Shown piece after piece: positions 1 through 11,754 of a stretch of DNA of 35,160 nt. The stretch spans positions 10,007,843 through 10,043,002 of the forward strand of contig NC_068998.1 of assembly GCF_001194135.2 (NCBI RefSeq), read 5' to 3'. Under the pieces are notes generated by a model. The model was given only the letters and a program-made list of their open reading frames with translations, did no database searches and had not been told where the DNA came from. The translations under genes and the position numbers were made by a program. The DNA comes from Octopus bimaculoides (taxonomy: Eukaryota). Each line of letters opens with the position of its first letter. Within the stretch, counting starts at the first letter, position 1.

Positions 1-733
1 GGTGAAACCAGATGGCTACACCAGGCTCCAATCTGATTTGGCAGAGTTTCTACAGCTGGATGCCCTTCCTAACGCCAACGACTCAGAGAGTGTAGTGGGT
101 GCTTTTACGTGCCACCCGCACAAAGGCCAGTCAGGCGGTACTGGCAACGGCCATGCCCAAAATGGTGTATTTTATGTGCCACATGCACAAGAGCCGGTCC
201 AGGGGCACTGGCAACAATCTCTCTCGAAAATCCTATGAAGGCCAGTCAGGCGGTACTGGCAACGGCCGTAGAAAATCCTGGGGTTGAAAGCTATACCAAT
301 CACTAGACTGGATGCCACTGCATAGTACAAAAGACTCTGCCCCTTCTGTCCAGAGTAAGGACCTAACACGGGAACAACTTAGGGTTAAAAAGGCCCATAA
401 TCTTTCAGTCTCTCGGAGATCTAAAAGAGATAGATGTGGATGTACTCAAAACATTTAGACAAATTTTTTGACCAGATAAACCCACATCTCATGGCAAGAA
501 ACACAAAGAAGGACAGTTTTATCCCACTCACTACTTCTCCAAGGCCAATTCTGGTGACAGGGCTGGGAAATAAACAAGCATTAATGCTAATGGCAGTGCA
601 CCAGCATGGCCACAGTCAGGAAGAATAAGCAAACACCTCATCCTTTTCCATTCCATGGATGAAAAATTATAATTGCAATTAAAAAGATGAATCAAAAGTA
701 CTATAAAAACTGTATAAGGTATATTGAACTTAC

Positions 734-894
734 AGGACTCCACTTGGCATCTTCTTTAGATAACAAAAATTGTGCATATTCACGACGATCATAGATTGTT
801 GTGACACACTTGAAAATCAAAAGAGCAATGATACCCAACACTATTATGCCAATTACCACAGCTAATGGCACCACATAATCAGGAATTGGACAAG
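734..894 (-). CDS. ITGB: Integrin beta exon: TM and membrane-proximal tail, (S)[53 protein letters not shown]
   Basis: 161 bp, phase 1-0; acceptor attattaacag, donor CCT|gtaagt; hydrophobic TM with the snorkel Lys, then DRRE and AKW. Not in the supplied ORF track. Confidence 0.96.
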
Positions 895-958
895 CTGTTA
901 ATAATTAGAAATAGGGGAAATACTGTTAGATATAGCAAAACAAAACAATCTACTGTCA

Positions 959-1002
<44 letters not shown>

Positions 1003-1668
1003 GCAGACATGCAGGAAGTAAATAGACACATTTAATTTTCAAAATTTCTGATCTAAGTGTTTTAATATGTTTACAGCAGTGTAGAATTTACAACGTAATT
1101 ATTCTTGTTCATTCCAGGTACCATTATATTAGACATTTACGAAAAGTAACCATGCCACGCACAAAAAATTCAGCACAACTGTCAGATTTTCAAAGAGGTC
1201 GTATTGTTGGGCAATCTGAGGCTGGTCATGGCCCACAAAAAATTGCAGAAAATCTTCAAATTCCTCTTGCTTCTGTTAATAGAATTATAATGCAATTCAA
1301 AAGCCAAGGAAAAGAATCAACAGATTCTCGTCCCAGCCAACCTGGGCCCACGGAAAGGAAGCTTCGCTGTTTGAAGGGAATTGAAAACGAACTCTGTTCG
1401 AAGGATTCTGACATTGCAAAACAGCTAGAAGCTAGTCCAAGAACGTGTGTTACATATCTGTATAAGCTTGGGTATTATGGAAATGCAATATTGAGAGTGG
1501 CTGAGGAAAACTGAACAATTTACTTACATTTCCCTTTTTTNNNNNNNNNNTTTGTATTGGAATGTGCAATGGTCATCGTCTACAAACTGACATTTCTTGC
1601 CCGTGGAATCTTCTGGAAAAATATAAAAATCCCAAAGGAAGAAGAAATGAAAGAAAAATTCAAAGAAA

Positions 1669-1701
<33 letters not shown>

Positions 1702-4700
1702 AAAAAAAGGAAATACCATATTTTCCAGTGAACAAGTTGAATTTTTCAGATCAAAATTTACAGCCAAAAAAAGGGTAGGTTGATTTGATAAATTGTTTAG
1801 TCATCATAGGGATGTAAGCAAGCCAACATCAGTTGTCAAATGGCAGTGGACAGTGGGGAACAAACATGATACACACACACACACAGAGTTTCATATATAT
1901 CTATATATATATTACTAGGTTGAGGGAAAAGTTCATGTGCTGTGTTAAAATAATGAACTGAGTGAACACACACCACAAAAATATATAAAAAAGCATTATT
2001 TTAATACGCCGCATGAACTTTTTCCTTAGGCTTATATATATGTATATATATGCAGTGGGATTGAACCAAAGATAACCTGGTTGGGAAGCAAGCTTCTCAA
2101 CTACGCACCAACACATGCACCTACTTGATAAAATACAGAAGAATAAGCATACAGAAAGTGTTCTGAAAGAAAGTTCCTTCAAAAATGAGGCTAAACACTT
2201 TGTTTCTCACAGCACCACTCAGTATGACCTTTGTCAGCTGCTCTCCAACTATCTATTTAAAACTGAATATGACAATAGAACGTCCACACTTAGAATTTGC
2301 ATCATCAGTCTGCAAATTCCTTACCTTGTTCAGTATATCAATCTCTTGGAAATGGTTCAGAAACGTGCATGATAACAAATGCCCACCACCAGACATCTAC
2401 CATACTCCGAACATTTTGCTTCCCTGGGCATGGACACATTGAAGCTCAGACATCTGACAACTGACTTGGTAGACACCCACAAGATTATCCACCATCTTTC
2501 CAACAACTACCTTGGACACCTTCATGAATTCTATATGTCAAATACTCATGGACATGCTTGTTGTTGGCACTCCGTCGCTTACGACGTCGAGAGTTCCAGT
2601 TGATCCGAACAACAGAACAGCCTGCTCGTGAAATTAACATGCAAGTGGCTGAGCACTCCACAGACACATGTACCCTTAANNNNNNNNNNGCCTGCTCGTG
2701 AAATTAACATGCAAGTGGCTGAGCACTCCACAGACACATGTACCCTTAACGTAGTTCTCTGGGGATATTCAGCGTGACACAGTGTGACAAGGCTAGCCCC
2801 TTTGAATTACAGGTCCAACAGAAACAGGAAGTAAGAATGAGAGAAAGTTGTGGTGAAAGAGTACAGCAGGGTTCGCCACCATCCCCTGCGGGAGCCTCGT
2901 GGAGCTTTAGGTGTTTTCGCTCAATAAACACTCACAACGCCCGGTCTGGGAATCGAAACNNNNNNNNNNNNNNNNNNNNNNNNNNNNNNNNNNNNNNNNN
3001 NNNNNNNNNNNNNNNNNNNNNNNNNNNNNNNNNNNNNNNNNNNNNNNNNNNNNNNNNNNNNNNNNNNNNNNNNNNNNAAAAAAAAAAAAAACACAACACC
3101 CTTGACTTTCAGAAACCCTCTTTTCAAGCTCAGAATTGTTGAAGCATGGAATAAACTACACGCATCAGTCATTAGCTGTCAAGACACTACATCCTTCGAA
3201 ACTTCCATGCTTCCTGAAATTTGCCAACAGTACACCTGATGGCTTTTTTTTGTTTTATGTTATTTTTTTTTTTTTCTTAGTTGTAGTGCACCTGAGCACT
3301 GTATACAACAATTTCATTCTAAGAGTGCTTAGCTTCAGTTTCTTTGACCACCAAAAAATGGAATTCTTTAAATTCTTACCAGAAAGTTCCTCAACGACAC
3401 TTATTTCATAGTCGCACAGTTTATCACAAACGTCACTAGTGTAGTTGCCAGACTCGAATACTTTGCATTGCACACAGTGTTTAGTTTCTGAACACATGCC
3501 AGGACAAGTCTGTAATGTAGAATTAGTTAACAAATAAATAAACAAAAATAAAAAATATTTCTCACATGTAGTGGCATTATCTGTATTGTTGTATATGCAT
3601 GTATGTATATATATATATATTATATGTGTGTGTTTGTATATATATAAATATATATATATATATACACACACACTCATACATATACATACAAATAAGTATA
3701 CAACTCAATAAAATGTTAACATAATAGGTCGGACATGATGATGTGAGATAGAGATGAGAAACTGTTTACAGTTGTGGAAATCAGCTGCCCAGCGGATGTT
3801 AACATAAAGCTAAAGATTATTGAAAAAGAAAATATTTATGCTGAACTATTGAGAATCCTACAGTTACTCTATCCAGATTATAAGTTCAGGTTAATACCTG
3901 TAATTATTGGGGCACTGAGATATGTAACACACTGCCTAAAAACCTTTCTTGAGAAATTAGGCTTCTTAAACCAGTACAGAGAAAGCTAATTTGAAGACTA
4001 CAGATCCAATCCATCACTGGAACTATAAAAATTTGTAAAACTTTATCATTTAAATATATATGAGCATGCAACTATATGAATGAGAATACATACATAAAAT
4101 GAAACATAAAAATTTGCACATATACATATATAAATAACTTGTGGTTGATGTTGAAATTCCAATGAAGGAGCCTTGGATCTAGGTTAGAAACTGGCTCTTT
4201 CTCTATTGGCAAGAAATCCGTATCTATAAAAGGCAAGATGTGTGTGTGTGTGTGTGTGTGTGTGTACGGGAATATAATTTATGCACATCCAAAAATTAGA
4301 ACGCATATCGCTCTAGTTTTAGGAGGACATTCCTCATGACCCTACCTGCATTTTCGTCAACTTTTTTTCTCAGAGGCACCCGCGTATAGCTGTGAAAATC
4401 GATTTTCAACCCTAACTTTTAACAATTTTCAAGTCGGAGAAAAAGCTAGCATTGTTTACAAACAGGAATTAAGTTCCCTTCTAGCGACGTGCACGTCTTT
4501 AAGACTTTTGTTGTTGTTTTTTTTCCATCGCGGAAAAAAGTGTTTTGTTGATATACGGGCAACACACACACACATACAAATATGTATGCAATTGGTGTAC
4601 GTACGTATGTGCGTGTGTGTATGTGTATTGCCCGTATATGTAGATATATATATATCTATATATATAAAGCTGTTTTGTTTTATTCCACACAGGTACAAAT

Positions 4701-7700
4701 ATAGAAAAAAAAAAGAAGTTAAAAATGCACTGAGAGCCTTTTAGATGGTTTATTTTTAAAAGGTTTAAATACTAACAGGACAATCTTCACATAATGGACC
4801 ACGGTGAAGGCTCTCTTTATCACAGATGCATTTTCCACATTCACACACGCCTTTGCCATTACAGGTCAACTGGAAAATAACAGTTGTAGAGATATATTAG
4901 ACAGAATAATATAACAAATAGAGAAGAAATTAAAAATAAAATATAAAAATGATATACAGTGATGAAAGAATAATTGAACAGATGTGGAAATTTAAGCAGA
5001 GCCATTGCAATGTAACTAGAAAATAACAAATATTAAATATATTAGAACAAAATGACAGAAAAAATAGAATATGAAGATTTCAGAACTTGCTCATTTTTCC
5101 ATTTATTTCAATCCTTTTCAGTATTATTTGAAGTAATACAAAAAATACTTTTACATTATTTACATTTGATGGATATTTGTCCTCATCTTGTTTGTTGTTA
5201 ACACAACGTTTCGGCTGATATACCCTCCAGCCTTCATCAGGTGTCTTGGGGGAAATTTCGAACCTGGGTTCTCATTGAGTGAATATGGTAGATGGAAACT
5301 AAAAGAAGCCTGTTGTGTGTGTGTGTGTGTGTCTTTGTCCTGCACTACTACTCAACAACCAGTGTTGGTGTGTCTACATCCTTGCAACTTAGCAGATTGG
5401 CAAACAGAGACTCACAGAGGGCAGCAGATGATCAAGAGAAAAGAAAAATGCATATTTAGCTATATCATTTTGAATAAATCATGCAGTAGACTGACTAGTG
5501 TGAGTGTGAATTTGATTAAATGGAAACTGTGTGGAAGCCTGTTGTATATATATGTGTGTGTGTGTTTGTCTGTAATGTGTGTATGCATGTGTCTTTCCAT
5601 TTGTCCCCCATCACTATCACTTGACAGCTGGTGTTGGTTTCTTCATGTTCCTGTAACTTAACAGTTCAGCAAAAGAGCCTGATAAACTAAGTACCAGACT
5701 TAAAAAATAGGTTCTTGATCAAGATGGTCGAGGTGGAGGTGGAGGTGGGGTGGTGCTATTTGTTTGATTAAATCCTTCAAAGCTGAGTCCCAGAATGGCT
5801 GCAGTTCAACGACTGAAACAAGTACAAGAAACAAGTACACTTTAATGACAACAAGAACAACATGTGAGAATTATTTGTAACATTTCACTCACCCCGTTTT
5901 CAGCGNNNNNNNNNNNNNNNNNNNNNNNNNNNNNNNNNNNNNNNNNNNNNNNNNNNNNNNNNNNNNNNNNNNNNNNNNNNNNNNNNNNNNNNNNNNNNNN
6001 NNNNNNNNNNNNNNNNNNNNNNNNNNNNNNNNNNNNNNNNNNNNNNNNNNNNNNNNNNNNNNNNNNNNNNNNNNNNNNNNNNNNNNNNNNNNNNNNNNNN
6101 NNNNNNNNNNNNNNNNNNNNNNNNNNNNNNNNNNNNNNNNNNNNNNNNNNNNNNNNNNNNNNNNNNNNNNNNNNNNNNNNNNNNNNNNNNNNNNNNNNNN
6201 NNNNNNNNNNNNNNNNNNNNNNNNNNNNNNNNNNNNNCGTGAAATTAACGTGCAAGTGGCTGAGCACTCCACAGACACGTGTACCCTTAACGTAGTTCTC
6301 GGGGATATTCAGTGTGACACAGTGTGACAAGGCTGACCCTTTGAATAACAGGCACAACAGAAACAGGAAGTAAGAGTGAGAGAAAGTTGTGGTGGAAGAG
6401 TACAGCAGGGTTCGCCACCATCCCCTGCCGGAGCCTCGTGGAACTTTAGGTGTTTTTGCTCAATAAACACTCACAACGCCTGGTCTGGGAATCGAAACCG
6501 CGATCCAATGACTGCAAGTTCGCTGCCCTAACCACTGGGCCAATGCGCCTCCACTGAGGTTTAAATACAAAAAGTTCACAAAGAACAAGTGTCTGTGTTG
6601 ATGTTACAATAAATCATCTCACAACAGCCTACAGCATAAACAACATACGAAGACTGTCATTCCACAAAAGCCTACAATATAGTATGTCGAATCATCTGCC
6701 TTGCAACAGCCCACATATTAATATTCAAAACATTTGTCTCACAATAGCCTACAATATAACATTTTAAAACATCAATCTCACAACAGCCTATAATATGATG
6801 TTCTGTTTCACAACAACCTACAACATAACATAGTCAAAACACCTGCCTCACAACAGCCTTCAACAAAACATATCAAAACCTCAGTATCAAAATAGCTGAC
6901 AATATAGCATGTTAATATACCCTTCTCACAAGGCAATGAAAGAAGCCTTATGCAGTCCACTCAACTATAAAAATAGTTGCCAAATCTCCCTCAAATCATA
7001 CACTTCTATCTTTACAAAAAGAAAAAACATGTTAAATAATGGTAGTCCCAGGTACATTATATTTGAAAACAAATGGCAAATTGGTGCAGATGGAATATTT
7101 TGGATCATAAGTCTGTTTGAACAGGGCTAACAGAGGGTTAAACAATTGTCTCACAACAGCTTAAATCTGGGCAGACAATATCCCCAATGGTGAGGTACCT
7201 CAGCAAACCAAGATCCAAAGTTTCTGGATTCTCTTGCAGAAGTTCAGGAAAGATATATCAGTCACAGGTTAAGCTACAATGTCCTTGATATGTTGACTTC
7301 AAGAGTGCACAGGCATGTGGAAGGCCGTCAGTTTGAGCACTTCCAGGTCTATGGGCCCTTGAAGTCGACGTACTAAGCAACTGTATATTCACTTTTGCCC
7401 ACCATTGTATATATTTCGGCTCCTTAAGACCATCAGTTTGAGCACTTGAAAGACTGAAATAACACATCGAAGATCATAGAATAATAGAATTCTTATCCTA
7501 AAAAAAGAAACAGAGAAATGAAAAGAACATTCCACTCACAACAAGCAACTGTATACCTACATTTGCCCACCTCTGCATACATACATGCATACATACATAC
7601 ATACATACATGATATACATGCATGCATACACACATACATGCATACATACATACATACATGATATGCATGCATACATACATACATAGAAACTATCAGAGAA

Positions 7701-10700
7701 CAGTCAAAAGAGTAACAAAAGTGCTTACCTCCACAGAGTTTACCATCAATGATGTCACAAGAGTAATCATCACATTGGCAGTACTGCTCAGAAAAGAATC
7801 GGTCCTTACTAGATTTGATGTTGTCACAGGAACACACACCGCACACACACTGGCCTCGGTCAGAGCATATTAGTCCACTTTCCGGGCTGAAATACATTAA
7901 AAAAAAAAACAATGATGATAACTGATTGGTATTTTAGATTGAATTTTAATTCTTGCTGTGTATGTAAAGGGTGCAATATCTGAATGGTTAAATTGTTCTA
8001 TCGGCTATGACAATGTGTGTACCAATTGATCCGATTGATGGAACAGCCTGCTTGTGAAATTAATGTGCAAGTGGCTGAGCACTCCACAGACACGTATATC
8101 CTTAACATAGTTCTCAGGGAGATTCAGCATGACACAGAATGTGACAAAGCTGGCCCTTTAAATTACTGGTACAACTTATTTTCACCAGCTGAGTTGACTA
8201 GAGCAATGTGAAATAAAATACCTCGCTCAAGGAAACAGCACGTTGTCAGGAATCGAACTCACGACTATACAATTCTGAGCTGAATATCCCTAACCACTAA
8301 GCTACGTGACTTCACCACTGGTAAAGCATTGCACATTTAGAGATTCAAGGGTGCAGTGACTGGATGGTTAAAGTAGTTGGGTAGCTACAAAGAATCAAAG
8401 AAGTCCATAGACAAAAAATGGTTGGGAACCACTGTTTAAAAAGAATCACAGAAATAAAATATGAACAACAATGAAACAATATAAAATGAATAATGAAAGA
8501 GGTTTTTACTAACTTCCTACATAGTTCATCAAGAGCCTGATTAGTAATATTCTCTCGATCGCATTCACAGTTACGACCAACATAGTTTTCCTGACAAATA
8601 CAGGCACCGCACTTTTTTATGCCTTTACCACTGCATTCCTGAGTTACCTGCATAACGAAATTAAATAAATAAATCAATAAATTATAACTATTACTTATTA
8701 TTATTTTTATTATTATCATCATTATTAGTCAAGACGAAGAGTGCGATTCGATTGAATAGATGTTTTATTCTTTGAACAATATTTTGACAGAACGTCTGTC
8801 TTTCTCAAGTTCAAACCGAAAGGTGATTAAAAATTAAAAATTTCAGAAATCTAAGCGTAAACTATGAACAAGAGTAACCAGCGTCCATACGTTGATGGAA
8901 TGACATCATCAGTTTTTGTCAGTTTTTTAACAAGCAGAAAGAAAGAAAGAAAAAGGAAGACGACAGAAAAAGAAAAGAAAAAGAGAGAAAGAAGAATATT
9001 CAATCAAACAGTTTTGTATAAATTTGATGATATTCTCCTGTCATCTTGTTCATTCCTCCAGGGCGTGATGTCAATAACCCGCAAATATTATTATTATTAT
9101 TATAATTATTATTATTATTATTATTATAAACAATTATGGTGACAGGCTGGAAGAATTGTTAGCATGCCAGACAAAATTCCACTAAGCATTTTGAAACCAT
9201 TATTATAAGGTGGTCCTAAGGTGGTGAACTGGTAGAACCGTTAACACGCTGGGCAAAATGCTTAGTACCATTTCATCCTACAAGGGTCAATTGAATGAAG
9301 TACTGGTCAAGCACAGGGATGATCTTGTTGACTAACCCCTGCCTCACTGAAATTTCTGGCCTTGTGCCAAAATTTGATACAATTATTAATACTGGTATTA
9401 TTATTGATGAAGGCTTTCACCAGGAATAACTTTTGGTAGATTTTAGACTTCACATCATCAGAAAATACACCTTTAAGTATTTCTTTATGTTTTGAGTGGT
9501 AAATCCATTGTTGGATTAACCATTAAGCAAAATAAGCATGTGTTTGGGGTGTCAAGGGAAGGAGAGGACACCATAAAAATGGTGAATGGTTTATGGCACA
9601 AATTCCCAGTCTGAGAATCGAAACCGCGATCCTACGACCGCGAGTCCGCTGCCCTAACCACTAGGCCATTGCGCCTCTACACATGCCTTCGCTAATGATC
9701 GGCTAAAGAAAGTTATAGAATATGGTAAAAGCATGTCAAACTGTAATAAAAGGATACTGTGGAATAATGTCACATACCTTAGTCGTTTCATTCTGACATT
9801 CACACTCACAGAGCAACTCAAGGTGGATGGTTAGATTATTGACCAGACCAACAGGATGGATGTTAAAAGTACGTTTCCTGTCAGCCTCTTTCTCTGGACA
9901 TTTATCAACTTCAATATCAACATCAAATAAAACCTGAAAATTGAAAAAAAAAAGAAAAAGAATAAAAAATAATTTCTGTTTAACAGGTATCACATTGAAA
10001 GCTATAAAATTACAAACTGTTTGTATTGTTTATAATAAATTTCATTTTATATTTTTTGCCCACAAGAGATTATGTCCGATCTTTAGCATACTGCTGTATG
10101 TTTTCTCAAATCACAATCACTGGAAAAGTTGTTGATAAGAATTACTAACAAAAACAAAACTGATAAGTATGCACAGCTGTCGCAAATTAAGTTTAATTAT
10201 CAATAAACATCAGCTTGGAGGACAATTTACTCAACCAACAGAGGAAGGTGACCAATCAAACTGATTATGTAAACAGAATTCTTTTCCACCTATTCTTGTT
10301 GGAACCTTTGATATGGAGTACTGAAATTTTAATCCCTTTCACACTTATAAAACATCAAGCAAACTAAAAAATTTGTCAACCGTTATTGTCAGTATGAGCA
10401 GAACTTATGAATCGTTGACTTTGAAGGAGAAATTAAATATGTTGAATATGCATTTGAACGTGGCAAGAGAGCTGCCAGAAGGTATTTTGATGTCAATGAA
10501 GCCAATGTTCGAAATTGGCATAAACAGTACGACAAACTTAAAACTGTGCCTAGTAATAAACAGACAAAAATAAAAACATACTATCAACATTATCCATATC
10601 GTTACATTTTTTTCAGTCAGGAATATCCATATCACTATGTATGTCAATGGTACTCCATTGTGATTGGTAGAAACTCCAAGCATTGTAAAATATGATCCCA

Positions 10701-11454
10701 GACCGTGATTACCAGCATGAACATCAAACTTCAGAAAATAGTTAACCATTTAATGGTTTTAGTAACTTTATACAGAAAAAGTAAGCATTATACTGTCCAG
10801 CATAAATAAAAGTCAATTTCATTACATTTAAGCCACCATTTTTTTTTTTTTTTTTGTAAAAACCTATTCTAACATTAAATGAGTCAGCTTCCGGTATGAA
10901 TGATTACATTTTGTACATATTTTCCCCTAAAGAAAAAAAATCTCAAAAATAAAAATTCTGGAAATGATCTACTCATGTAATTTATACACCTCCAAAAGTT
11001 TATTTTTATTTTTGTGAAAAAAGTGCATAAATTACATGGGTTTTTACGGCATATATATATATATGTAAATATATAAAAACAAAAAGATAAAGAGAGCAAA
11101 GGTAAGGTTTGCTCTCTTTATCTTTTTGTTTTTATATACTTACATATACACACACTAATACACGACTTATAATACCCAATCCTGTTCATACAACGACTGG
11201 GGCAAACTAATCGGTATACAGCACTTATTCGGTATTACCTGTATCCTCCGGGGTTTGGTTAAATCCAATACCTTATATATANNNNNNNNNNNNNNNNNNN
11301 NNNNNNNNNNNNNNNNNNNNNNNNNNNNNNNNNNNNNNNNNNNNNNNNNNNNNNNNNNNNNNNNNNNNNNNNNNNNNNNNNNNNNNNNNNNNNNNNNNNN
11401 NNNNNNNNNNNNNNNNNNNNNNNNNNNNNNNNNNNNATTGAAAACAAATTTTAA

Positions 11455-11497
<43 letters not shown>

Positions 11498-11708
11498 GTT
11501 TCAAATTTTTCCACAAGGGCAGCAAATTCGAAGGAGGGGATGAGTCAATTACATTGATCCCCAGTGTTCAACTGTACTTATTTTAGCAACACCGAAAGGA
11601 TGACAGGTAAAGTCGACCTTGGCAGAACTTGAACTGAGAACGTAGCAACGGGCAAAATACTGATAAACATTTCGCCCAGCGTGCTAATGATTCTGCCAGC
11701 TCGCCGCC

Positions 11709-11754
<46 letters not shown>

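Noticed and set aside
123-267. 30-bp direct repeat AAGGCCAGTCAGGCGGTACTGGCAACGGCC (123-152 and 238-267)
   Set aside because: It looks like internal repetition within an interspersed repeat cut by the window edge; there is no evidence of an independent function.
2625-2745. ~55-bp duplication around a 10-N gap inside a SINE
   Set aside because: Contig-overlap artefact.
4157-4200. CCAATGAAGGAGCC...GGTTAGAAACTGG, loosely hammerhead-shaped, in the RLE-element 3' UTR
   Set aside because: The core lacks CUGA, and stems I and III do not form convincingly.
6618-6935. Repeat-spacer-like periodicity suggesting CRISPR
   Set aside because: The context is a eukaryotic intron, the repeats are degenerate, the spacers are mutually homologous, and there are no cas genes.
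10060-10120. LKIGHN motif resembling the missing hybrid-domain exon
   Set aside because: There is no cysteine in that frame, there are in-frame stops after the acceptor, and the phase does not fit.
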